From Chrysomallon squamiferum (lineage: Eukaryota > Animalia > Mollusca), in assembly GCA_012295275.1 (NCBI GenBank), contig CM022677.1:25792001-25856000 (forward strand): 64,000 nucleotides of DNA, in the 5' to 3' direction. The notes beneath the pieces were generated by a model. That model saw nothing but the letters and a program-made list of their open reading frames with translations, did no database searches and had not been told where the DNA came from. The stretch's first letter is position 1; each line of letters begins with the position of its first letter. Below are positions 29,678 to 48,730 of this stretch, piece by piece. Both the position numbers and the translations under genes were made by a program.

Positions 29678-30049
29678 TCAGAATCTGACAGTGTTAACTC
29701 GTGCACTTTTCTCCTCGGAACCCTTTCTCCGCGTCTTTTTCTCTGAAGATGAACTCTTAATTCCAGCAGTCTTTCTTCCAGAATGTGATTTGTTCTGTGA
29801 AAATGAACCCTTGTCTGCGGAAGACCTTTTGCCAGGCGAACCATGTTTTATTTCTCCGTGTGACGTTTTCAGAATTGAACGTGTTTCCTTTTTGTTCTGG
29901 TCGTTGTCATTGGCTGTTTCTGAATGCAGACGTTGCTCTGTGTCAGACGTTTTACCTGAAACCTGTTCCTCTAAATCGTAAGATCTTGATTCTTTGGAAC
30001 TACCACGATAAATATATATTAAAATATTTATAAACTATGTCTTGACGTA

Positions 30050-30113
<64 letters not shown>

Positions 30114-30624
30114 TTAATAACAATAACAATAACAATAATAATAAAATAGATTTAAAAACTATATATAATTAACCTGTACACGTATCTACAAAAATAAATT
30201 ATTTTACAACAGTTAACGTGTACTCATACGTACATACAACGTCATTGACTTGTATACACTGACATCAACTACAACTAACCTGTGCATGCAGGCGTATTGT
30301 CTTAGAACATCAGTTCTTTGTCTATTGTCTTATAACAACACTTCATTTTGTATTGTCATAGAAAATCAGTTATTTCAGTATTGACTTAGTACATCAGTTG
30401 TTGTGTATTTCTTAGAACAACAGTTCTTTGCATAGTGTCATAGAAAATCAGTTATTTGTGTATTGTATTAGAACAACATATCAAATCTGACTGAAATCCA
30501 TTTCATTTGATTCGAGTATATATGTGTGTGTGAGTGTGTGTGTGTGTTTGTCTGAATGTACATACAACACTTATACATACATTATACGCATACATGTTTC
30601 ATGCATACATTAATTCATACATCC

Positions 30625-30708
<84 letters not shown>

Positions 30709-30719
30709 ACATGAATTAT

Positions 30720-30756
<37 letters not shown>

Positions 30757-32693
30757 TTACATATAGACTTGTGTGTTCTATTATTACTCGTTAATAACAT
30801 AAAAAGCAATATTTACCGTCTAATGGCGAAGTAGCAGATTCCTGATGTAACGACGAGACACGCACACACCAAGTAAAGTATTTCATAAGACTCTCTTCCA
30901 ACCGGAGCTGAAATTAAATATAAAACACCGAGTACGTTCATTAACACACAGTCATTTTAAAAACTATCCATGTTAACACATAATAATACTATCACTACCA
31001 CCACAACCATTACTAATACTAATATTAACACCATAAAAATATTACCACTATTATATTGATATTACCACCACAATCGTTACTAATACTCATATTAACATAT
31101 ACAAATATTACCACTGTTATATTGATATTACCACCACAATCGTTACTAATACCAGCACGTAAAAATATTCCCACTACTAATTCTGAAATCACCGCTACTG
31201 ATAACCATGTTACTGCCATTACTAATACTGATTTTACCATCACTACCATATCGAATATCAACAATATCACATAATAACATTGGTACTACCATTAAAAACT
31301 AATGTTTCGTTACTCGCGCTGTTGTTTTTGCCTTCACTTGTGGCTGCGGTTGCGAATCCAGCTGTAGGTCCAAAGTCAGGTCCAAACGTCTGGCCTGATC
31401 CAGCGTCAGGATAGTCACTTTCTGGACCACCAGGAGGAGGTTGATATCCCTGGTCTTGTCCAGGAGGAGGTTGGTATCCCTGGTCTTGTCCAGGAGGAGG
31501 TTGATATCCCTGGTCTTGACCAGGAGGAGGTTGATATCCCTGGTCTTGACCAGGAGGAGGTTGATAGTCCTGGTCTTGACCAGGATCAGGTTGATAGTCC
31601 TGGTCTTGACCAGGAGGAGGTTGATATCCCTGGTCTTGACCAGGAGGAGGTTGATATCCCTGGTCTTGACCAGGAGGAGGTTGATATCCCTGGTCTTGTC
31701 CAGGAGGAGGTTGATATCCCTGGTCTTGTCCAGGAGGAGGTTGGTATCCCTGGTCTTGACCAGAAGGAGGTTGATATCCCTGGTCTTGACCAGGAGGAGG
31801 TTGATATCCCTGGTCTTGTCCAGGAGGAGGTTGATATCCCTGCTCTTGTCCAGGAGGAGGTTGGTATCCCTGGTTTTGTCCAGGAGGAGGTGGATTTCCC
31901 TGGTTTCGTCCTGTGAGATGTGGTATTAATTTGGTTAATACAGGAATGGCCTTAATCGCAACGCCTGCCTTTCCTCGTCCTTTCTTTTTAGTAGTATTTT
32001 TAGTCGCAGGTTTAGGCCTATTAATACGTTTTCGTTTAGTAGATTTTGATTTCGGACCGACTCCACCTGTAGGTTTAGGTGTGTAGGCCGGTATAGAGGT
32101 GCCGGCTGATCCACCTGTAGGTTTAGCTGTGTAGGCCGGTTTAGACGTGACAGCTGATCCACCTGTAGGTTTTGGTCTGTAGGCCGGTTTAGACGTGACA
32201 GCTGATCCACCTGTAGGTTTTGGTCTGTAGGCCGGTTTAGACGTGACAGCTGATCCACCTTTAGGTTTTGGTCTGTAGGCCGGTTTTGTCGTGACAGCTG
32301 ATCCACCTTTAGGTTTTGGTCTGTAGGCCGGTTTAGACGTGACAGCTGATCCACCTTTAGGTTTTGGTCTGTAGGCCGGTTTTGTCGTGACAGCTGATCC
32401 ACCTTTAGGTTTTGGTCTGTAGATGTTTCCTCTGTTTGTAGGTCTGCCTCCACCCTTAGGTCGAGATCTGTACCGTCTATTTCTATAGCGAGATCTGTAT
32501 CTGGACCTGTAAGCCAAACTGGAAGCGAGACGAGAGAGTTGCCCGGATGAGAGGAGCGGTACGTCAGCAGCAGTCGACGTGACTGAGTGTGGAATACAAA
32601 CTTCAATATTCTACTTTTCATATTTAGAAAGAGAAAACACTTAAACAAGAAATCTAAATATAAGTACAGAAATTATGAAGTTCACGTCTTCAG

Positions 32694-32770
<77 letters not shown>

Positions 32771-33065
32771 GTGTGCGTATGTTTGTTTGTTTGTTTTGGT
32801 TGTTTGTTTTGGTGTTGTTGTTTTTTTGTTCTCTGTGAAAACAAGTATGGAATAAATCATTACGTTATTGCATGTTATTGCTCTTTTTGTTTGTTTGTTT
32901 GATGTTGTGGTTGTCGTTTATAATATTTTTTGTTGTTTGGTGTACTTTTATTATTATTTTTTTTTTTTTTTTTGTGTTATAATTACGAAATAGGCATACG
33001 AAATAGGGCATACTGACCGCAAATAGCATAAAGAAGCACATTGTGAAAATTGTCTGAAATCTCAT
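29678..33065 (-). CDS. Gene C: type-I membrane protein with repetitive Tyr/Lys/Pro-rich and YQPPPGQDQG ectodomain (~570-585 aa)
   Basis: Exons 33065-33014 (MRFQTIFTMCFFMLFAV, phase-1 donor GTATGC), 32582-~31314 (TSTAADVPLL.. then the 416-aa ORF; donor ambiguous among phase-1 GTs after 31338, 31314, 31290), 30907-30817 (TM ILYLVCACLVVTSGICYFAI, phase 1/2), 29999-29678 (Ser/Lys-rich tail ending RVNTVRF*). Confidence 0.72.
31428..31907 (-). repeat. Coding 30-nt repeat (DQGYQPPPGQ) x16 in gene C
   Basis: Seen in the 416-aa ORF; most differences between units are synonymous third-position changes. Confidence 0.95.
32062..32422 (-). repeat. Coding 48-nt repeat (YRPKPKGGSAVTSKPA) x7.5 in gene C
   Basis: Seen in the 416-aa ORF. 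Confidence 0.95.
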
Positions 33066-34429
33066 TTTTAGTATCACCGTGTCTGTAAAAAGAACAGAAA
33101 TGTATATTTTAAATCATCTATCATCTACCGTAACGTTTTGTTCGTTAATAAAACGTTTTTACTGTAGATAACAATCATTTCTTGACATCTTTTTTTCATT
33201 ATTAAAATTTAATTTGTATTAAATATTTTTGATTTTTTCATGCCTACAATTCATATCTATCTATCTATATATATTATCCTTTGTTTTTTGTTGTTTTTTA
33301 ACTGTTTTGCTATTGTTGTTTTGGGTTATTACCCCTTTTGGGGAGGTGTGGGTTTTTTTCTTTTTTTTCTGTTTTTGTTGTTGTTATTTTAGTTCGGTTT
33401 CTTAAATTCTCTTGCAAATGACCTGCATTATAAACTGTTTTACAATAAGAACGCAGTAAATATTCTAACAGCACAAAGAGAATAAAACAGAACTGAAATT
33501 TTACATTATGACAAATTCTTCAAATAAAATCGTCTTCATCACAAAGGCACCCAACAAATAAAAGCTTTATAAATAATAAACAATGATTTCAAATATATGG
33601 CATGCGCTTAACGATAAAAAATAATGCTATTTCCCATTTGTTAGCGGAGAAAGATCTTAGTAAGCATAGTTACTAGACTGATAAGACGTCCTGTATCACG
33701 ACTAAATTGGTCACTAGACTATGGACTAGATAGTTTTAGTGCAAAGATAGAGGTTAGTAAAGTACTAATAGCGTTCTAGTCATGGCATAGAATTATTACA
33801 CGTTTCTACCACACTGACGACTGATTTGTTAATACTATTAGGATCAAATTCTTATCAGCATTACACAGGTTTAGGAAGAAAATAAGTTGTTCAAGCAGGA
33901 GATAGCTTCGGCCCGGCTGCTATTCAAAGTGTTTGGTCACAAATGTTTTCTTTGGAGCAATAATCAAAACCACACGAATTTACAAATTACTGTTATGTTA
34001 TATTACTCTGATACATAAAATGGTAGTTACCCTAATCCAGTTTGCCAAAGAGATTCTGCTTTAAATCGGAATTAACGCTACAAATGTTTTTGTTCCGTCA
34101 CTAGTAATGTAGTAAATCCTTGTTCTGACGTCATCAGAAACTTGTCGTCTTCTAAAACATCGAAATAGACGGGAATTATATATAATGTTTATACATATAT
34201 TCCTGAAATAAATAATAAAAAAGAAAAACTGGTTTCAAATCAAATACTAGTGTGTATGTGTGTAATTTTTACTCTTCTCTTTCTCTCGCACGCACGCGCG
34301 CGCGCGCTGTGGGTGGGTGTGACTACGAGCGTGTGTGTGTTTAAAGAATCATTTCATATTTTATCATTTATATTCAAATGCAGGCATGCTTGATAATAAT
34401 ATTATTATTATTATAGCTGAACAGGAAAA

Positions 34430-34610
34430 TACCTTAACAGTGACGTAGACGATAAACCTCAGATTGGCCAATAAACGGAAATGACGAAAACACCATCATT
34501 TTCACGAAGCTGAATTTAATACACTTCCGGTTCATTACTAAATCTGCAAACGCTGAGAAGAAGCAAATAAATTACACATCGGGAACCTGTGATCACATTC
34601 GATAGTAAGC
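34430..34610. promoter_or_regulatory. Putative bidirectional promoter for genes C and D
   Basis: Palindromic ATTGGCCAAT (34463-34472, CCAAT on both strands), ETS-like ACGGAAAT (+) and ACTTCCGG (-). Flanked by outward-facing donors AAG|GTATTT (-, 34432) and A|GTAAGC (+, 34605). Both genes have an acceptor just before the ATG, so each needs an upstream non-coding exon. Confidence 0.45.
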
Positions 34611-34794
34611 AAGAAAAATTTAACATTTTTTTTTATTAATTGTTATTAATGTTTTTTTGTTTGTTTTTTGTTCTAATGTTTTTTTTGTTTTTTTTAAGGT
34701 GATAATCGCTTGTTTTTGCCAATTGAGACCATAACAATTTTTAAAACAGGTGACAATTTTTTCTTTAAATATTATGTTATTTCAACAAAAAATA

Positions 34795-34839
<45 letters not shown>

Positions 34840-35068
34840 CATCATCATCAATTTGGTTTTGCTGAGAGAATTTTGTGTTTCCTTCTTCTTTTTTCACATG
34901 TTAGTGTTTGTCTGTGTGGAACTTTCACATAATTTTATTTTGGTGTTAAAAAGTCAATTTGAAACAAAATATCAAACAATAATTGTTGTCTACATTAACA
35001 AACAAAACTTAATTTAGATAGTTACAAACATTTCTGTTCTTTTTTTAACAGACTGCGTGTTACTAACA

Positions 35069-41360
<6,292 letters not shown>

Positions 41361-41436
41361 AAGAGAAGGCAGAAACAGAGGGTGAGGTTCATGTCACTAG
41401 TGACAGTGTCACTGTAGATTTTTCAAATGATGCCAC

Positions 41437-41650
41437 GTTGCTAAGTGACAGTGGTTTGCTATGCGTTGCTAAGTGACACTGGGTTGCTATGCGTTGCTAA
41501 GTGACACTGGGTTGCTATGAGTTGCTAAGTGACAGTGGTTTGCTATGCATGGCTAAATGACACTGGGTTGCTATGAGTTGCTAACTGGCTGCATTTTGTT
41601 GCTTGACAAGTGATTGTGTGTTATTATGAGTTGTCAAGTGACAGTGTACT
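41437..41650 (+). repeat. ~28-nt tandem repeat in the 3' end of gene D
   Basis: GTTGCTAAGTGACASTGGKTTGCTATGM units. Confidence 0.85.
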
Positions 41651-44624
41651 GTTATGTTTTCAGGTTGAACCTGTGATCCTACATGTTACATATAAAAGGG
41701 GTTTTTTTTGGGTTTTTTGCAATTATAATTTCTGAATTATTTATATTTTAACTGAAATAAATATTTTTACCAACAACAGCATTTGGAACGTTTGATTTTC
41801 TTACAGTGAAGATTTAACATTTTTACAAACAATTTATTTTTTGTTATCTCTGGCATAATGTCTCAAATAAACTTCCTCTAATCTCTCTCTGTCTCTCTGT
41901 TTATACCTGTATATTTACCTATTTATTGTTCTAACCATCAGCATACACGTTTGTATCTAACTATACTATTTTATGCCAAAGTATATTCCAAACAACTTCT
42001 TGTAAATTTCTGAAATGTTAATGTGTATTTTGAATGTAAAAATAAATAATTAATAATTAAAGTTTATACAATATTCTTACTAATTCAAAATTAATGCAAA
42101 CAAATTTATTTTTTTATATCCAGATTCTGTAACTAGTAACTAAATTGTAATGAAATTAAAATAAATGTAAAAATACATCGACTGTGTCACAAAAACGCGA
42201 TTTAACCAAATATAATGTTTAGTGGTCTAAGGGGAACAACTCTAAAATAGTTATGTACGTAGTTGTCGCTTCTAGGTAACGGAATGGTTTCTACGATGAT
42301 TGTTTTTCTTTCGGAATACATAATTTTGCAAAAATATTAGGATTCTTCTGATTAGTTGGTTGTTGTTGCTTTTGGTTGGTTTTAAAAACTTTAAAATTTA
42401 CGTCATATTTTCTCATGTGTGTGGTATTCATTAAATTTCAACATTTTTCGAACTGAAATCTTGACTTTTAGCCATGATTCTGCTGAAACGGAAACCATAA
42501 AAACAAATATTTTGTGTTTCTTTTTTATTTATTTTTTATAATACATATTGACTGAAGATTTAACGTTTTATGTCCAGTTAAATTATCTTTTCAAAAAGGT
42601 TAAACCATTTTTTTTTTTTTTTTTTTTTCACAATTTTTAATTTTGATTCTCATATACAGTCATTCTAGTCTGGGAGAAGTTATTATTACTATTATTATTT
42701 AGTAAATTTTTGTATTATTATTATTATTATGACTTTTTTTTTAAAATTATTGTTTTAAAATAGTAGTAATGTAGCAGTAGTAATGTAGTAATAGTACTAG
42801 TAATAGGAGTAGTAGTAATATTTTAAACTTGTTATTTGTCTTTTGTATTTGTGCAAATTTTCTTTTTCTGTTTTTTTTTTTTTTTTTTTCATTCAGCTGT
42901 TATGATGTACTGCTCGGAATTGTAAACAGTAAAAGTACATTAAACAGATTTCACTGCTACACCTCTGACTGGAACCTGTGTACTACTACTACTGCAGCTA
43001 CAGCTTTGTAAAAAGTCACAAACTGAACTAAGCCTCTCATCATTATTCTGAGCACAAAATTATTTTACTTTGACAACTATTAATAATCATTTCTGCCTTT
43101 TTTATTTTTTTTTTTTTTTTTTTTACTTTTTGTATCACTTTTTGTTTTCTTTTTTTGACATTATAATGACTTGTGGGTGATAATTTATTTAAAATGGTAG
43201 AAATGTGAATTTGAAGTGAATTATGAAATTGAAATGGCTGATATTTGTGCATTTTATTTTTAAAAAAATAGTGAAAACTGATAAAACCAGTACTTGACTT
43301 ACTAAAACCCACTTCTACACTGAAGTAATTGTAAGTCAGTGACTAAGAGACTAAAACACACTATACTGTAGATGAACTAAGTCAGTTACTAGTGTATTAT
43401 TACAGTAATACAGAGAAACAAATATTTCATTGTTCTAGTGTTTATTACCAAAAACTTAATTTATCAAGTTATTCTATAAATATGTTTCTGTGTGTTGTTT
43501 TGTTTTTGTTTTTGTAAATTTGAGACGTAGAAAAATCTAAAAGAAAAATAATTTAAAAAAAAAGAGAGAACTAAAGGGAAAAAAAAGAAAAGGAATGAAA
43601 CAAAAAAGGCAAAAAAATATGTATATGTAAAATAGTAAAATAGATATTTATGTCCTGAAAAATTGATAAAAATGAAATACTTTCTGTACATTCTACAAAG
43701 TCAGAATTTTTTAAACCTCTGTTCAAATTTTAAATTCTGTGTTGGTTTAAACAAATAATATAACATTTGGAAATATAAACTGATGATACACAAGTCTGGA
43801 ACACACTGTGTTTGAACTCTCTATGTCTTTTATGTCTGAGTGTCAGTACAAGTAGCTGTTTATAAAGTTTTCTGAGTGAACACCACAATGTAGATGATAC
43901 AGTTAATATCAATCCTCATCATCATCATGATGACGATCTTGTCTTTTTGAGATGATTTTGATGATTATATGATGATGTTGACTGACCATATATGTTGAGC
44001 ATGATGATTATATGATGATGTTGATACTGACAATGATGTGTTGATGATGATGATTTCTGAATTCTGGTATAAAACAGAAAATAAACTCTCTCAGTAGACT
44101 TTTTAATTTTGAATTAAAATTTTATGAAAGTGAATAATAAATCTGTTTTTTGTTAACAAAGTCAAAATCTTTTTTTTTTAAATCCTTTGTATTACTATGA
44201 GTTGTCATAAGTAAAAAAAAAAACATCTTCACTATTTATTCTGACCAGTTGTGAAATTTTTTATTTAAAAAAAAAAAACATTTTAGATTCACGATGACCA
44301 TCATTTATCATTTTCAAAATTGACATCAGTTTTAAAAATCATCTGTTTTGGTAACTTGTCAAAATCTAAATTCTATTATCCTTGTCTCTGAGTCTCAAGT
44401 CCTTTCTGTTCCTTGTTCATCTACCCCCACTCCAAATTATCTCAAACCAAATGCTGTGTTTCCGTGGAAACAAACCCAACAAAACCATTACAGATTCAGG
44501 CATGTTCTCCATTCACCTTTGTTCCCCCCATCCATCAGTTCACCTCCGATTTGCATAATCAGGTTACCATAACAACTGACAAATGGCTGTTTGCTCGTTT
44601 CGATGTTTGTTCTAATCAAGTCGT

Positions 44625-47600
44625 TCAGTAGTAACCATCCAAATAGTCACGTCCCTGATTTCCTCTTCCTTTCCCCTCTCTGTTGCCATGGCGACCTCCG
44701 TGACCCCTGTTATCCTGCTGTTGATAGTAGTTTCCTCTCTGGTTGCCTCCATGGTAACCATAACCCCCCCTACATGGAAGAAAGCAGTAGTAATTAGACT
44801 CGGTTTTCTGTATAAACATTCAGTCATGCGACATTACAGTTTTCACAAAATGTGTCAGTGTCTGTCTCATTTTCTGTGTGTGTCTGTGTGTGTGTGCAAG
44901 TTTGTTTCTGTATTTTTTTCTCTGTGTGTTTGTGTGCGTACAAGTTCATGTTTTTGTATTGAGTATTGTTTTCCACTGTGTTTTTTGTTTGTAGTGTGTG
45001 TGTGTTTAAAGGTTTTTTTGTGTGTAGGTATGTGTGTTTTACATAATATAATTTCATGCAGGTGTAAAAGTATCTACATATGAATGTATGTACAAACATT
45101 CTACACAGGGTGCACTGCAAGTTTCAGACATGATTTCAGATATCTCATTTTTACATATTTTCTACACAATTAACAAATGTGTGTGTGTGTGTGTGTGTGA
45201 ATGATGTAAAATATTTTACCTGTCGTCTCTCCAACCTGAATGATGATCATGATGATGACTCCAGCCACTACTTCGTCTGTCATGTCTGTCGTGTCTGTAG
45301 TCCCGTCTGTAGTCCCGGTCCTCACTGTGTCTGTGGTCCCGGTCCTCACTGTGTCTGTAGTCCCGGTCCTCCTCATGTCTGTTTCTGTCTGACCTGTGAT
45401 GAACCCGTCTGTCTCTCTCTCTCTCCCTCTGTCTGTCTGTCTCTCTGTCTCTCTCTCTGTCTCTTCTTCTGTAATCCTCATAATCATGTGATGATCTGAC
45501 CTCAGCTTCAGTTTTGTCTTTTTCTCCACCCTGTCTGCTCCTGTCACCTTGACCTTCACATTTTGACCTTGCTTCACCTTGGCTAGAAGCATCACCTTCG
45601 TGAACTCTGTCATCATCTTGTTTGCAATGAGCACTGGCCTGTCAATTTTAAATTTGTTTTAAAAAAAAAATTAAAACAAAATAATTTCTGTATGTATTGA
45701 TTTTCTGGAGAATGTATCTGTTCATGTATGTTTCATCATATTGATTATTTTTATTCTACATTTCTTTAATTTCTTTTTTTTATATATATTTTTTCTTTTT
45801 TTTTTTTTTTTAGATATATTCTTTTTTTTTTTTTAGATTTTTTTAATAAATTTAGTAACAGAGCCAATAATTAAAAGAACACATTTTAACAACTTTTAAA
45901 TAATTTTCAGAATAACCATTTTTTTTTTTTTATTAAAAAGTCTTACCTCTCTGCTTTCTGTCATCTCAACTTCATTTTGAAACTGACCACTACTGCTTCT
46001 GTCTAACTGACCACCAGTGTTTGTATCTAACTGACCACCACTGTTGCTCCCCAAATGACAACTACTACTTCCACAATTTTTATTATCCACTGCAACATTT
46101 AAATTTCCAACATGTCCTGTCTTTTCTGTTTGATCACTGTCAACATGCACACTCTCAGTACAAACAGCTCTCAGGTTTTCTCTCCCTTCCCTCGAACACT
46201 CAGCTGTGTCTGCTGAACTTTCACTGTTTTCTGTTTTCTCTACATCTCTCTCATCTTCACAAACACTTTCTCTTTCACTTGAATGTGAGAGGTGCTCAAC
46301 CTTTGTAGAGTTTTCGATCAAATCACCTTCAGTCTTCGTTTCGACATTTTCACTGTGTTCCTGAATTAACATTTTTGCTATGATCATGAATTTCAATATT
46401 TTCACTATGTTCGTGGATTTCAATGTTTTCACTACGTTCATGAATTTCAACATTTTCACTACGTTCATGAATTTCAACATTTTCTGCCTCTTTTTCTCTA
46501 TTTTTTTGAATTTCACTATTTTCATTATGTTCAGGGGTTTCAGTATTTTTACTAGAATCATGAATTTCAACATTTTCTGCCTCTTTTTCTCTATTTTTTT
46601 GAATTTCACTATTTTCATTACGTTCAGGGGTTTCAATATTTTTACTAGAATCATGAATTTCAACATTTTCACTACTTTCATCAGTTTCAACATTTGCACT
46701 ATGTTCATGAATTTCAACACTATCTCTATTTTCACAAATTTCATCATTTTCACTATTTTCATCAGCTTCAACATTTTCACTATTTTCATCAGCTTCGACA
46801 TTTTCACTACATTCATGAATTTCAACATTATCTCTGTTTTGATTAGTTTCAACATTTGCTCTACGTTCATGAATTTCAACATTTTCACTACTTTCATGAG
46901 TTTCGTCATGTGTGATGTGTGAATGTTTAGAAACTGGTGAAAGAACCTGCTGACTCAGAGATTCAGGTCTTCCAGTCTCTTCTTTGTTCTTCTGTCCCAG
47001 ACAAACAGAGGAGCCACTTTCTCCACTAGTCTCTGAACACACACGCACTTGCTGGTCAGCTGAACTGTCCAGCTGGTCACTACTACTACTACTACTACTG
47101 GACGCAGTGGTCAACACATGTTTTCCTGAAGTGATAGGTTCTGACGATGTTTCTCCCTGAATTTCACAAGTTTTAAATGCATTGTTTTTAATTTCTTCCA
47201 TACCCTCCACAGCAGTGTCTTCTGTCACTGCACTGCTCTCTAAGCTGGACTCACTAGATACAGCCTCTTCCATACCCTCCATAGCTGTGTCTTGTGTCAC
47301 TGTAGGTTTTTCTGTACTACTTTCTATGCAGGCCCCACTAGATTCAGCCTCTTCCATACCCTCCATAGCTGTGTCTTGTGTCACTGTATCTTTCTGTACT
47401 ACTTTCTTCTATGCAGGCCCCACTAGATACACCTTCTTCCATTTGTCTTTGTCACTGTATCTTCCTTGACATTACTTTCATTTTCTTTACCATCACTGTC
47501 CTGTGTCCTATCTGTGTCTGTGTGACTTTCTACAGATGCCTCCCTGGTGTTGTCATTCAGTGGTTCGCAGTGTTGTTCTACCACCTCAGTCTTTTCAGTC

Positions 47601-48648
47601 TTTTTCTCCTCTTTACTGACATCAGCAGCACACACCTCTTTACTCTCTGAGAAACTCTGTTCACCCTGCGTAACTGCATCACTTGTTTTCTCTTCAACTT
47701 CCGTTAGTTGCTCTTTCTCTCTTCTGTCTGTCATGTCACTCTCGCTTTCCGTTTTGTCACCCTCCGTAGCTGCATCTGCTGTTTTGTCCTCGACTTCCAT
47801 TCTTTCATCTTTTGTCTTTTCCTCCTCCCCTCTCAGCTCACCCTCTCTATCTGTGGAGTGTTGTTCACCCTCCGTAGCTGCATCTGCTGTTTTCTCTTCA
47901 ACGTTTACAGATCTACCTTTCATTTCTTCTCCTTCTTTCTCTTTCTCATCAGCCTGGATGTGATCTTCTGTTTTCTCTTCTGTTTCATTAGATTTGTTTT
48001 TTATTTTTACATCACCCTCTGTAGCTGTATCTATTAATCTCTCATCACCCTCTGTAGCTGCATCTACTAATTTCTCATCACCCTCTGTAGCTTTATTCTT
48101 TACTTTCTCTTCATCCTCCAGTCTGCTTGACTTCTCTTCACCTTTGTTAACTCCAATCAAAGAGGTTATGTCCCCTGTTTCTTTTGTATCTTCATCCTTA
48201 ACAGTACTTTCTGTTTCCATAGCTTTGTTTTCCAAACTGGATACCTGATGTTAAAAAAACAAACATAAAAAACAACATAAAAAACAATCGACTAAACACA
48301 GTTGCACATTAATGTTAAATAAGAAGTGTTTCTGGCAGTATCACTAGACCAAGCAATGTGCTACTGTTACTGGCTGGAAGCAACGGGAAATCTTTTACAA
48401 GTGTCTTTCTTCTTACAGAATGGAAAATACAACTATGAAAAAATAACTGAAAGTGAAGAGGTAGAGAGGTAAACTAACTAACTAACTAACTAACTAACTC
48501 ACTCACTCACTCACTCACTCACTCACTCACTCACTCACTCACACATTTTTGGATACACACACAGACAGACAACACACTCACACTCACACTCACACTAGGA
48601 CTCACAGACAGACACTCACACTCACATGTCAAAATCCTCACTCACTCT

Positions 48649-48730
<82 letters not shown>

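Noticed and set aside
31441-31929. Antisense ORF with LVLTRRRLIS repeats
   Set aside because: Shadow of the stop-free 30-nt coding repeat; synonymous variation fits the minus-strand frame.
46380-46922. MLKFMNIVK and FNIFT hydrophobic repeat ORFs
   Set aside because: Alternative frames of the ENVEIHE repeat of gene E.
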